Source: an uncultured Thermoleophilia bacterium
Lineage (GTDB): Bacteria > Actinomycetota > Thermoleophilia > UBA2241
DNA: 64,000 nt
Assembly (NCBI GenBank): GCA_963700035.1
Contig: CAVOWE010000008.1
Location: 46,452-110,451 of the forward strand
Direction: 5' to 3'
This document shows positions 1 to 9,379 of this stretch, piece by piece. The notes beneath the pieces were generated by a model. The model worked only from the letters and a program-made list of their open reading frames with translations, did no database searches and was not told where the DNA came from. Numbering within the stretch: the stretch's first letter is position 1; each line of letters opens with the position of its first letter. Position numbers and translations under genes: made by a program.

Positions 1-905
1 TCACGTGCGGACTGGCTGGCGAACAGCTCACAGAGATGGGCGAGCTCGGTGAGGCTGGCGCGATCGGATTCAGCGACGACGGGCGCCCGCTGCCGACTGC
101 CGCTCTGACGCGCCGCGCTCTTCACGACGCCGAGGTGAGCGGAAGGTTCGTGGCGATCCACGCCCAAGATGACTCCCTCTTCGAGGGCGGCCAGATGCAC
201 GAGGGCCCGACATCTGCGCAGCTCGGGCTGACCGGCATCCCCTCGCTCTGTGAGAGCCTGGACGTCTCCCGCACCCTGGATATCGCAGCGTGCGAAGACG
301 CTCGCGTGCACGTCTGCCACATCAGTACCGCCGCCTCGCTTGAGGCTCTTGCGCGAGCCAAGGAGGCCGGCGTTCGGGTCACGGCCGAGGCCACGCCGCA
401 CCACCTCACACTCAACGACGAGGCGGTCGCCTCCCTGGACCCCAACCTCAAGATGAATCCGCCGCTGCGCGCCGAGAGCGACCGCGCGGCGCTGGTCGAG
501 GCGCTCAAGTCCGGACTCGTGGACTGCGTTGCCACCGACCACGCGCCGCACGGCTCCGAGGAGAAGGATGTACCCTTCGAAGAGGCGCCGTTCGGGTGCA
601 TCGGCTTGGAGACGGCCTTCAGCGTGCTGTACGGCCAGCTGGTGGAGCCCGGCCTCCTGGACCTGGCGACGCTGGTCACGCGCTTGAGCGCGGCGCCGGC
701 GGGTATCGCCGGGCTTCCGGCGCCGGCCATCGCCGCCGGATCGCCCGCCGACCTCTGCGTCATCGACCCGCGGGCCGTGTGGACGGTCACACCGGACACC
801 CTGCAGTCGCGCTCGTTCAACTCCCCCTGGCTGGGCCGTGAGCTCACGGCCAGGGTCAAGCTCACGCTGGCCGCCGGCCGCGTGGCCTGGGAGGACCTTG
901 CCTAG
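1..905 (+). CDS. pyrC: dihydroorotase, C-terminal part (5' end lies outside the window)
   Basis: The frame of ORF 36..905 is open to the window edge. Amidohydrolase motif ATDHAPH and a typical DHOase C-terminus. Followed by pyrK/pyrD. Confidence 0.9.
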   Translation, partial: TCGLAGEQLTEMGELGEAGAIGFSDDGRPLPTAALTRRALHDAEVSGRFVAIHAQDDSLFEGGQMHEGPTSAQLGLTGIPSLCESLDVSRTLDIAACEDARVHVCHISTAASLEALARAKEAGVRVTAEATPHHLTLNDEAVASLDPNLKMNPPLRAESDRAALVEALKSGLVDCVATDHAPHGSEEKDVPFEEAPFGCIGLETAFSVLYGQLVEPGLLDLATLVTRLSAAPAGIAGLPAPAIAAGSPADLCVIDPRAVWTVTPDTLQSRSFNSPWLGRELTARVKLTLAAGRVAWEDLA

Positions 906-1098
906 CCCTGCCGTCGTCGTCCTCGAAGACGAGGGTCTTCCGGTGGCCTTCGGCAAGGCGGCCGGCGCCGGCGTGCTGCTGCTGCTCGAGGGAGACATCT
1001 TCGTCTCGACGTGCGACGACGACCCGTCGGCGGTCGTGATCCCCGTACCACAGCTCGATCCGCTCGACCTCAGCATCCACGCCACGGAGGCGCTGTGA
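906..1098 (+). pseudogene. short coding-like ORF resembling the N-terminus of carbamoyl-phosphate synthase small subunit (possible carA relic or coupling ORF)
   Basis: Frame-1 reading SPAVVVLEDEGLPVAFGKAAGAG...EGDIFVST..DDPS has G/C at nearly every third codon position. Its TGA overlaps the pyrK GTG (GTGA). Resemblance to CarA N-termini judged by eye only. Possible starts GTG 838 or GTG 943. Confidence 0.3.
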
Positions 1099-1886
1099 GA
1101 GTCACGGCCGCCGACGACCACGCGCACGGCGAGCAGTGGGCGGAGACCTCACATTGCCGCGTCTCCGGAGTGCGCCGCTTCGGTGCGTTCACGGCGCTCG
1201 AGCTCGTGGCGCCGCGTATCGCGTCGGATGCTTCGCCGGGTCAGTTCGTCATGGTGACGGTGCCCGGCGGCGGTTTCCTGCTGCGTCGGCCACTCTCGCT
1301 GTTCACCGTGCACGGCGATCGCTGCGGACTGCTCGTCGAGGTGCGCGGCGCGGGAAGCGAGCGGCTCGCCGGGCTTGAGGTGGGGGAGACCGTCGATCTT
1401 GCCGGGCCGCTGGGCAGCGCGTTCCCCACGCAGGGCGCCACGAACGCGCTGCTCGTCGGCGGCGGCATCGGCTGCGCCCCCCTGCAGTACCTTGCCGACG
1501 CGCTGTCGGCGGCGGGCGCCAGCGTCACCGCCGCCTTCGGGTTTCGCGACTTCCGCGCGGCCCGCGCCGCCGGCGCCTTCGCCATCGAGCGGCTGTGGGT
1601 CGCCAGCGAAGACGGCACGGTCGGACGACAAGGTACGGTCATGGACGTCCTCGCTGAGCTCGACGCGCCTCCCACTACCGTCGTCTACGCCTGCGGCCCG
1701 GTGGCGATGATCGGCGCGGTGCAGCGCTGGACCCTCCACGAAGGCCTGCGCGGCTATGCGTCGCTCGAGGCACACATGGCCTGCGGCACCGGCTCGTGCC
1801 ACGGCTGCGTGGTCGACACCACGCGCGGCAAGCTGCGCGTCTGCAGCGAGGGGCCGGTGTTCGCCCTCGACGAGGTCATCCCATGA
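1095..1886 (+). CDS. pyrK: dihydroorotate dehydrogenase electron-transfer subunit (FAD / 2Fe-2S)
   Basis: SPGQFVMV FAD-binding region and C-terminal cluster motif CGTGSCHGCVV. GTG 1095 preceded by GGAGG. Stop overlaps the pyrD ATG (ATGA). Confidence 0.9.
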   Translation: MRVTAADDHAHGEQWAETSHCRVSGVRRFGAFTALELVAPRIASDASPGQFVMVTVPGGGFLLRRPLSLFTVHGDRCGLLVEVRGAGSERLAGLEVGETVDLAGPLGSAFPTQGATNALLVGGGIGCAPLQYLADALSAAGASVTAAFGFRDFRAARAAGAFAIERLWVASEDGTVGRQGTVMDVLAELDAPPTTVVYACGPVAMIGAVQRWTLHEGLRGYASLEAHMACGTGSCHGCVVDTTRGKLRVCSEGPVFALDEVIP

Positions 1887-2858
1887 CCGGGCGGCTCGAG
1901 CTCGACCAGGTCACGCTCGCCGTCGAGCTCGGGCCCCTGCGCCTCGAGCATCCGCTGGTGGACGCCTCGGGCACGTTCGATCTGCTCGAATACGCGCGCC
2001 GCTACCGCGGAGACTTCTTCGCCGACTTTCCCTACGCGGCCTATGTCCCGAAGACGGTCACCGCCGAGGCGCGCACCGGCAACCCGCCGCCGCGCGTCAC
2101 CGAGACCGCGGCCGGCATGATCAACGCCATCGGCCTCGAGAACCCGGGCATCGACGCCTGGATCCGCGGGCTGCCCGAGTGGGCGAGGTTGCGGCGGCCG
2201 GTCATCGTGAGCGTCGGCGGCAACTCGCCGGACCAGTACGCGGCCGTCGTCCGAACGCTCGAAGCGCACCTCGCGGCCGCGCCTCAAGGGGAGCGCGCCG
2301 CGAATCGAGGGCTACGAGCTCAACGTTTCCTGTCCTAACGTGGCCGGCGGTCTGCAGATCGGCGCCGATCCTGCCGCTACTGCGGCCGTCGTCGGCGCCT
2401 GCCGGGCGGAGACCACGCGTTTCCTGCTCGCCAAGCTCACCCCGAACGTGAGCGACGTCACCGTCGCCGCGCGGGCCGCCGTCGAGGCAGGCGCCGACGG
2501 CCTCTCGCTCGTCAACACCTTCAAGGCGATGGTGCTCGACCGCCAGACGCTGCGGCCGTTCCTCGGCAATCGCACCGGCGGCCTCTGCGGCCCGGCCATC
2601 AAGCCCATCGCCTTGCGCATGGTCGCCGAGGTCGCTCAAGCGCTGCCCGGCGTGCCTCTGGTCGGCATGGGAGGAGTGGTGAGCGGCCTGGACGCCCTCG
2701 AGTTCATCGCCTGCGGCGCCTCGGCGGTGGGCGTGGGCGCCGCCAACTTCACCGGGCTCGAGGCGCCCTTCCGGATCCTCGCCGAGCTGCGCGCCGAGCT
2801 GGCCGCGCGCGGCCTGGCTTCGCCGGCCGCCGCGCGCGGCCTCGCCCTCGGCGCCTGA
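1883..2858 (+). pseudogene. pyrD: dihydroorotate dehydrogenase B catalytic subunit, split by one frameshift near 2280-2300
   Basis: N-terminal half lies in frame 2 (ORF 1796..2338). The conserved IEGYELNVSCPNV and the C-terminal half lie in frame 0 (ORF 2340..2858). Together they give a full-length PyrD. Confidence 0.85.
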
Positions 2859-2929
2859 GACGCCGCGGGCCCGTCCGTCCGCCCCGGCAAAATCCCAGCT
2901 AGCGGCCGCGTTTTGTGGTCCATTCCCTG

Positions 2930-2959
2930 TTGAACTCGCCGCGCGGCATCGCGTATACT
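2930..2959 (+). promoter_or_regulatory. sigma-70-like promoter candidate upstream of mihF
   Basis: TTGAAC (2930-2935), 18-nt spacer, TATACT (2954-2959), just upstream of the mihF ATG at 2968. Confidence 0.4.
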
Positions 2960-2967
2960 TCCGCCCG

Positions 2968-3300
2968 ATGTCCGTCTCCTCCAGGCAATCCAACACGGCC
3001 CCCGAGCGTTCGCTCGATCAGCGCATGGACGCGCTCGGCAGGGCCAACCAGGTGCGCAGCCGCCGGGCCGCCCTCAAGGCCGACCTCAAGCGCGGCGCCG
3101 CGAACCTCCGCGACGTGCTCGTCGCCCCGCCCGACTTTCTGCTCACCGCCAAGGTCGTCGACCTCCTCATGGCGGCGCCCAAGTGCGGGCGCGTCAAGTC
3201 GGCGCGTATCATGGAGCAGTGCCGCATCAGCCCGAGCAAGACCATCGGTGGTCTCTCGGAGCGCCAGCGCGCCGAGCTGCTCGCCTACTTCGGCGGCTGA
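2968..3300 (+). CDS. mihF: actinobacterial integration host factor MihF
   Basis: 110 aa. C-terminal ...GRVKSARIMEQCRISPSKTIGGLSERQRAELLAYFG resembles mIHF. Conserved mihF-gmk-rpoZ-coaBC synteny. Confidence 0.85.
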   Translation: MSVSSRQSNTAPERSLDQRMDALGRANQVRSRRAALKADLKRGAANLRDVLVAPPDFLLTAKVVDLLMAAPKCGRVKSARIMEQCRISPSKTIGGLSERQRAELLAYFGG

Positions 3301-3310
3301 CATCCCCTCG

Positions 3311-3862
3311 GTGTTCGTGATCTCGGGGCCGTCGGGCGCCGGGAAGGGGACCGTCATCACCCTGGTCAGGCAACGGCTCGCGCACGTCGTGACCTCGGTG
3401 TCGGCCACCACCCGCGCCGCGCGACCGGGAGAACAGGACGGCCGCGAGTACTTCTTCACGGACCGCGCGGCGTTCCAGCGCGGCGTCGCCGCCGGCGATT
3501 TCCTGGAATGGGTAGAATACAGCGGTGACCTGTACGGCACGCTGCGCGCCGAGGTCGACGGCAAGCTGGCGCGCGGCGACGACGTGATCCTCGAGATCGA
3601 GCTCGTCGGGGCGCGGGCCGTGCGCAACGCTCTGCCCGACGCGACGGCGGTCTTTGTGGCACCACCGAGCATGGCGGAGCTGAGTCACCGGCTGCGAGGC
3701 CGGGGCACCGAGTCGGACGAGGCCATCGCCCGCCGCCTGAGCATCGCGCAGACGGAGGTCGCGGCGGCCGGTGAGTTCGACCACGTGGTCGTGAACGACG
3801 ACGCAGAGCGCGCGGCCGCCGAGGTCGCCGCCATCATCGAAGAACGACGAAAGGGAATCTAG
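3311..3862 (+). CDS. gmk: guanylate kinase
   Basis: P-loop ISGPSGAGKGT and EYSGDLYGT motif. GTG 3311 is the first start after the mihF stop. ORF 2915..3862 is an upstream over-extension. Confidence 0.9.
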   Translation: MFVISGPSGAGKGTVITLVRQRLAHVVTSVSATTRAARPGEQDGREYFFTDRAAFQRGVAAGDFLEWVEYSGDLYGTLRAEVDGKLARGDDVILEIELVGARAVRNALPDATAVFVAPPSMAELSHRLRGRGTESDEAIARRLSIAQTEVAAAGEFDHVVVNDDAERAAAEVAAIIEERRKGI

Positions 3863-4101
3863 TGGACAAGCCCCGCATCGACGAGCTGCTGCCGCACGCC
3901 GGCGGCTCGCGGTACGCCCTGGTGATGATCGCCGCCAAGCGCGCGCGGCAGATCAACAGCTACTACCACAGCCTCGGCGAGAACACGATGGGCATCGAGG
4001 AGCTCACGCCGCCGCTCATCAACACGCGCAGCACCAACCTCCTCACCATCGCCTTCGAGGAGATCGTCGACAACAAGATCGAGTACCTGGCCCCGGACTG
4101 A
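3862..4101 (+). CDS. rpoZ: DNA-directed RNA polymerase subunit omega
   Basis: 79 aa with SRYALVMIAAKRARQIN signature. GTG overlaps the gmk TAG. Confidence 0.9.
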   Translation: MDKPRIDELLPHAGGSRYALVMIAAKRARQINSYYHSLGENTMGIEELTPPLINTRSTNLLTIAFEEIVDNKIEYLAPD

Positions 4102-4108
4102 GCGGATC

Positions 4109-5329
4109 GTGAGCGGCCAGCCTTCCACAGCATCGGCCGGCGAGCGCACCGTACTCGTCGGCGTCACCGGCGGGATCGCCATCTACAAGTCCGTCGAGTT
4201 GGTGCGCGGCCTCGTCAAGGACGGCTTTCAGCCGCTGGTGGTGAGCACGGCGGCCGCGCAGCGCTTCGTCATGCCCCTCACGTTCGCCGCCGTCTCGCAG
4301 GCGCCCGTCCTCGACGACGAGAGCGCCTGGCAGGCGAGCGGCGGCTGGTTCCAGCACATCGAGGCGGCCCGCACGGCGCGCGTGATGGTCGTCGCCCCGG
4401 CGACCGCCAACACGCTCGCCAAGATGGCCGCCGGCCTCGCCGACAACCTGCTCACCGCCATCTACCTGGCGTTTCGCGGCCCCACCATCGTGGCGCCCAC
4501 CATGAACTGGGCCATGAACGAACATCCTGCCACGATCGCCAACCTGCGCATCCTCGCGGAGCGGGGCGTGGAGGTGCTGCCCACCGAGGAGGGCGAGCTG
4601 GCCTGCGGGGAAGAGGGCTCGGGCCGCATGGCTTCGCCTGAAGCCATCCGTCTGGCCGTGCGGCGCGCGTTCGCCGGTACCGCCGCGGGGCCGCTGGCCG
4701 GCAAGAAGGTCGTCGTCACCTCGGGCGGCACCCGCGAACGAATCGACGCGGTGCGCTTCATCGGCAATCGCTCCAGCGGCAAGATGGGGAGGGCGGTCGC
4801 CGACGAGGCCTACCTGCGCGGCGCCCGCCTGGTCCTGGTCACCACACAGCCCGCCGCCGGCGCCCCCTACGACGTGGTGCGCGTCGAGAGCGCCGGCGAT
4901 ATGGCGGCGGCCGTCCACGAGCACGTCCGCGACGCGGACGTGCTCGTCATGGCCGCCGCGGTCGCCGACTTCAGGCCTCGTTCCGAGGAGGCCGGCAAGA
5001 TCGGGCGCGGCGACCGCGAGACCCTCACGCTCGACCTCGTGCGCACCGTCGACATCCTCGCCGAGACCGCCAGGCCCGGCCTCTTCCGCGTGGGCTTCGC
5101 CGCCGAAGCCGGGCCGCAGCTGCAGCGCGCCCGCCAGAAGAAGGCGGAGAAGGGCGTCGACCTGCTCGTCTTCAACGACATCCTCGCCGAGGGCGTCGGC
5201 ATCGGCGCCGACGAGAACGCCATCACCATCATCACGGCGCGTGACGAGATCCAGGTGCCGCGGACCAGCAAGAGCGCCTGCGCCGTCGCCATCGCCGACC
5301 AGATCGAGGCGGGGCTGCGGGCGCGATGA
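4109..5329 (+). CDS. coaBC: bifunctional phosphopantothenoylcysteine decarboxylase / phosphopantothenate-cysteine ligase
   Basis: 406 aa. N-terminal flavoprotein domain (GVTGGIAIYK, PATANTLAKMA). C-terminal CoaB domain (VTSGGTRERID, FIGNRSSGKMG). Confidence 0.9.
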   Translation: MSGQPSTASAGERTVLVGVTGGIAIYKSVELVRGLVKDGFQPLVVSTAAAQRFVMPLTFAAVSQAPVLDDESAWQASGGWFQHIEAARTARVMVVAPATANTLAKMAAGLADNLLTAIYLAFRGPTIVAPTMNWAMNEHPATIANLRILAERGVEVLPTEEGELACGEEGSGRMASPEAIRLAVRRAFAGTAAGPLAGKKVVVTSGGTRERIDAVRFIGNRSSGKMGRAVADEAYLRGARLVLVTTQPAAGAPYDVVRVESAGDMAAAVHEHVRDADVLVMAAAVADFRPRSEEAGKIGRGDRETLTLDLVRTVDILAETARPGLFRVGFAAEAGPQLQRARQKKAEKGVDLLVFNDILAEGVGIGADENAITIITARDEIQVPRTSKSACAVAIADQIEAGLRAR

Positions 5330-5889
5330 GCGGCGCGCCGTCACGAGAGCAGGTCCTCGCGCTCGTGGAGGCGCGCGTCGCGAACGAGAACCTCCGCCGC
5401 CACATGCTGGCCACCGAAGCGATCATGCGGGCGCTGGCCGCACGTCTCGGCGAGGACGCCGACCTCTGGGGACTCGCCGGCCTCGCCCACGACCTCGATT
5501 GCGAAGAGACCGGCGACGACTTCTCGCGGCAGGGCGTCGTCGCCGCGGACACGCTGCGCGAGCTCGGGGCGCCCGAGTCCGTCGCACACGCGGTCATGGC
5601 CCACAACCCGGCGACGGGGGTGGCCGCCGAGTCGCCCTTCGACGTCGCCCTCCTCGCCACCGACCAGCTGAGCGGCCTGATCACTGCCGCCGCGCTGGTG
5701 CGCCCCGACAAGGATCTCGCCGGGGTCAAGGTCAAGTCGGTGCGCAAGCGCTTCCGCGAGAGCGCGTTCGCGCGCGGCGTCGACAGGGACGCCATCGTCC
5801 GCTGCGGCGAGCTCGGCCTGGAGCTCGACGAGTTCATGAGCCTCGGGCTGGCGGCGATGCAGGACATCGCGCCGCAGCTCGGACTGTAG
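5326..5889 (+). CDS. HD-domain phosphohydrolase
   Basis: 187 aa. H...HD motif (RRHMLATEAIM ... GLAHDLD). Start overlaps the coaBC stop (ATGA). Confidence 0.75.
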   Translation: MSGAPSREQVLALVEARVANENLRRHMLATEAIMRALAARLGEDADLWGLAGLAHDLDCEETGDDFSRQGVVAADTLRELGAPESVAHAVMAHNPATGVAAESPFDVALLATDQLSGLITAAALVRPDKDLAGVKVKSVRKRFRESAFARGVDRDAIVRCGELGLELDEFMSLGLAAMQDIAPQLGL

Positions 5890-5904
5890 GGGGCGGCGGC
5901 GTCC

Positions 5905-6288
5905 GTGGTGCCGCGGCGCGAGCCGGCCTTCGAGGCCGAGAGCGAAGCCTACTCGCTGTTCCAGCGCGGCATGGCCTTTCTCCGCGAGCAGCATCCAGCG
6001 CAGGCCGCCATGCTGCTCGCCCAGGCCCTGCGCCTCGAGCCCGGCAAGAACTCCATCCGTGAGGCGCTCGGCAGGGCCGAGTTCGCCCTCGGCATGCACG
6101 CACGTGCGGCGGCGCGGTTCAGGGACGTGCTCGAGGACGCACCGGACAACGACTACGCCCAGTACGCGCTCGGGCGCTGCCTGCTCGAGCTCGGGCGCCC
6201 GGATGAGGCGCGGGCCCACCTGCGGCTGGCCCGCGCCCTCAGTCCCGGAAGCGACCTGTATCGCGAGGCGCTGAACGCTCTGGGGTGA
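5905..6288 (+). CDS. tetratricopeptide-repeat protein
   Basis: 127 aa with repeated A/L/G/P-rich TPR-like helices (AQALRLEPGKN..., LGRPDEARAHLRLARALSPGS). Confidence 0.65.
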   Translation: MVPRREPAFEAESEAYSLFQRGMAFLREQHPAQAAMLLAQALRLEPGKNSIREALGRAEFALGMHARAAARFRDVLEDAPDNDYAQYALGRCLLELGRPDEARAHLRLARALSPGSDLYREALNALG

Positions 6289-6309
6289 CCGTCCGCAACG
6301 TGCCCGCGG

Positions 6310-7390
6310 TCAGGCCGGCGGAGCCGGCGGCACCGCGGGCGGCGGCGGGGGCTCGTGCGGCGCAGGCACTGGCGCCCGCGCTGCTGATGTCCCCGCCGGT
6401 CCCACGGCGGCAGAGCCGGCGCCGGCCGCCACCGTCGCCGCGCGACGCCCGGGCACCAGAGCCTCGGGGCCCACGTGCGCCATGTCGAGCAGGACGGCGA
6501 TGCGCTTCTGGATCGGCGGGTGGGTATCGAAGACACCGCTCACTTCCTTGGTCTTCTTGTTCTTGAGCGGATTCTCGATGTAGAGGTGCGCCGTGGCGCG
6601 GTTGGCGTGGCGCAGCGGCTGCGGGTCGGCGGCGATGTCGTTCAGCGCCCTCGCCAGGCCGAGGGGGTTGCGCGTGAGCTCCACGGCGCTGGCGTCGGCC
6701 AGGTACTCGCGACGCCGCGAGATGGCGAACTGCACGCTGTACGCGGCCAGGGGGGCGAGGATGGCCAGCACGATGGCCACGACCATGAGGATGGCGCCGG
6801 CCTGGTCGTTGGAGTCGCCGCCGCGCCGCCGGCCCGGCGCCGCCCCAGAAGCTCCAGCGCAGGAAGAAGTCGGCCACCAGGGCGATCATCCCGACGAGGA
6901 TACCGACCAGGGTGGCGAAGCGGATGTCGTAGTTGCGGACGTGCGACATCTCATGGGCGATCACGCCCTGCAGCTCGTCGCGGTCGAGCATCTGCATCAT
7001 CCCGCGGGTGACGGCGATCGAGGCGTGCTGCGGGTCGCGGCCGGTGGCGAAGGCGTTGGGCGCCGGCTCCTCGATGACGAAGACGGCCGGCGCATTGGGC
7101 AGTCCGGCGGCGATCGTCATCTCCTCGACCACGTTGAAGAGCTGCGGCTCGTCCTCGTGGGTCACCTGGTGGGCGCCGCTCACGGCGAGCACCATCTTGT
7201 CGCCGGAGTAGTAGCCGAGGATGCTCCAGGCGATGGCCGCGATGCCGAACACGCCGAGCAGGCCGAGGCCTCCGCTGGTACCCCCGACCACGGCCGCGCC
7301 GATGACGAAGCCGAGCGCGGCCAGCAGGGTGACGACCAGCCCCATGAGGAGCCAGGAAGCCCGCCGGTTGCGGCGGATCTGCTCGTACAT
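6310..7390 (-). pseudogene. htpX: M48-family zinc protease HtpX, one frameshift near 6825-6845
   Basis: N-terminal part (frame of ORF 6239..7390) carries TM helices and HEMSH. It reads correctly to FFLRWSFWGG. The other frame continues RRGGDSNDQAGAILMVVAIVLAI...SRRREYLADASAVELTRNP (ORF 6310..6786). Confidence 0.85.
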
Positions 7391-7413
7391 CGTCGTGTCG
7401 CCAGGTCAGGCTG

Positions 7414-7974
7414 CTAGCGCAGGTCCACCTTGGGTACCTCGCGGTCGCCCTCCGGCGCCTCGAAGAACTGCCGCGTGGTGAAGTTGAACATCCCCGCGAT
7501 GACGTTGGACGGGAACATCTGGATCTTGTTGTTGTAGGTGAGGACGCTGTCGTTGTAGAACTGCCGCGCGAAAGAGATCTTGTTCTCCGTAGCGGTGAGC
7601 TCCTCCTGAAGGCTGAGGACGTTCTGGTTGGCCTTGAGGTCGGGGTAGTTCTCGACGACCGCGAACAACGACTTAAGGCTCTCGGTGAGCATGTTCTCGG
7701 CCTGCGCCTGCGCCTGCGGACCCTGGTTGCCGGCGTTGATGGCGGCGGCGCGCGCCTCGGTGACCTTGGTCAGGGTCTCCTGTTCGTAGGACATGTAGTC
7801 CTTGACGGCCTCGACGAGGTTGGGGATGAGGTCGTGCCGGCGCTTGAGCTGCACGTCGATCTGGCTCCAGGAGTTGTCGACCTGGTTGCGCCGGCCCACC
7901 AGGCTGTTGTACATGCCGGCGAAGATGATCCCCAAGACGACGAGGATCACGATGATGATGATGACCGCGATCAC
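7414..7974 (-). CDS. lemA: LemA family protein
   Basis: 186 aa. N-terminal TM helix plus a typical LemA body (QIDVQLKRRHDLIPNLV..., ARQFYNDSV..YN). The LemA-HtpX pairing is common. Confidence 0.9.
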   Translation of the reverse strand: MIAVIIIIVILVVLGIIFAGMYNSLVGRRNQVDNSWSQIDVQLKRRHDLIPNLVEAVKDYMSYEQETLTKVTEARAAAINAGNQGPQAQAQAENMLTESLKSLFAVVENYPDLKANQNVLSLQEELTATENKISFARQFYNDSVLTYNNKIQMFPSNVIAGMFNFTTRQFFEAPEGDREVPKVDLR

Positions 7975-8087
7975 CCAAGGCTCCTTTCGTTGGCTGCGCT
8001 CCTGCGTGCCTAGTGTACGCCACCGGAGGGGACAGGCGTGTCAGACGATTGTACCGGCGGGCTCGGCTGCTCTATCCTGCAAGGACG

Positions 8088-8879
8088 ATGAACGTGCGCA
8101 TCCGTGAGATCGTGATCCTGGTCATCGGGCTGGCGCTCGTGCTGGGCGCGGCCGTCGGCGGCTACGCCGTGGTCCGCGCCCGCGCCGACGGCGTGCCCGG
8201 TGGCCAGATCCTGGCGCCGGTCCCCATGCCGACCCCGTCGGCGAGCGGCGGCACCCCGGCGCCCCAGTACGAGCGCTGGACGGTCGGCATCGCCCGGCGC
8301 CCGATCACCGTCCGCCGCCGGCCCGCCGATGACGCACCCGTGATGACGACCCTGCCCATGCAGACGCCGGCGGACTACCCGACCGTCGTCCTGGTCGACG
8401 CGGTGCGCGAGGTCGACGGCGTACCCTGGTACCGGGCGTGGCTGGCCGTGCCGCCCAACGGGAGTCGCGGCTGGATACGCGACGGCCAGATGGCGTTCTA
8501 CACGACGGCCTCGAAGATCGTCATCGACCTGTCCCGGCGCGAGCTCATGGTGTATCGCCGCGGAGAGCTCATGGGCACCTTCCCCGTCGCCGTGGGACGC
8601 CCCGGCCTGGAGACCCCCACCGGGCACTTCTTCATCACGCAGAAGCTGCGCCCGCCCGATCCGAACGGCGTCTACGGCGTGCTCCAGCTCGGCACCAGCG
8701 CCACGCAGCCGAAGCTCAACGGATGGCCGGACGGCGGGCTCGTGGCCATCCACGGTACCAGCGAGCCGTGGCTCATCGGCAAGGCCATCAGTCACGGCTG
8801 CGTGCGCATGAAGAACGCCGCCGTACAGGAGGTCAGCCGCCTCGTGCCGGCGGGGAGCCCGGTGATCATCGAGAAGTAG
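8088..8879 (+). CDS. L,D-transpeptidase (YkuD domain)
   Basis: N-terminal TM/signal segment from ATG 8088. Catalytic motif IHGT...ISHGCVRMKN near the C-terminus. Confidence 0.85.
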   Translation: MNVRIREIVILVIGLALVLGAAVGGYAVVRARADGVPGGQILAPVPMPTPSASGGTPAPQYERWTVGIARRPITVRRRPADDAPVMTTLPMQTPADYPTVVLVDAVREVDGVPWYRAWLAVPPNGSRGWIRDGQMAFYTTASKIVIDLSRRELMVYRRGELMGTFPVAVGRPGLETPTGHFFITQKLRPPDPNGVYGVLQLGTSATQPKLNGWPDGGLVAIHGTSEPWLIGKAISHGCVRMKNAAVQEVSRLVPAGSPVIIEK

Positions 8880-8901
8880 CTGCCGCGCGGCGGACGCGGC
8901 C

Positions 8902-9186
8902 TTACCAGTACTCGCCCTGATGCAGCATCATGTCGTGGGCCTTGCACTTGGGGCAGGTGTACGAAGCCGCCTTCTCGAGGAAGAAGAGCTCGCTGCCGCA
9001 CACGACGCAGCGGAACTCGTCGATGTGGATGTCGGCGCCGGTGAGGTCCACCTCGACGATAGCGCCGCATTCCACGCAGTAGCCGGGCATGAAGCGCTGA
9101 CGGGGGTCGTAGACGCTGACGCCCCAGCGGATGCGGTCGGCGGTGTAGCCACACTGGCGGCACTCGAAGGTCGTGTACTCTCCCAT
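8902..9186 (-). CDS. small double zinc-ribbon protein, function unknown
   Basis: 94 aa with four CxxC pairs (C9/C12, C37/C40, C60/C63, C78/C81). Codon usage looks coding. Convergent with the transpeptidase gene. Confidence 0.6.
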   Translation of the reverse strand: MGEYTTFECRQCGYTADRIRWGVSVYDPRQRFMPGYCVECGAIVEVDLTGADIHIDEFRCVVCGSELFFLEKAASYTCPKCKAHDMMLHQGEYW

Positions 9187-9335
9187 GGCGAGCCTCTCTG
9201 GACGCGGGGTGTCACCACGAGTATCGGCAGTTTCGCGGTGCGGTTGAGCCGTCAGGCTCGGTTTCTTGTACCGTTGACGACCCGGGTGCTATACTTCATC
9301 GGCTGGAAACACACCACGAGGCGGACTCTTGCGCG

Positions 9336-9366
9336 AAAAGTCGGTGGGTCACCGACTTTTGTCTTG
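9336..9366 (+). terminator. intrinsic-terminator-like hairpin in the rimP-nusA-infB leader (possible attenuator)
   Basis: AAAAGTCGGTG-ggt-CACCGACTTTT is a perfect 11-bp stem. It is flanked by an A-tract and followed by TTTTGTCTTG, about 14 nt before the rimP ATG. Confidence 0.4.
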
Positions 9367-9379
9367 TCAGGGGTCGTTC

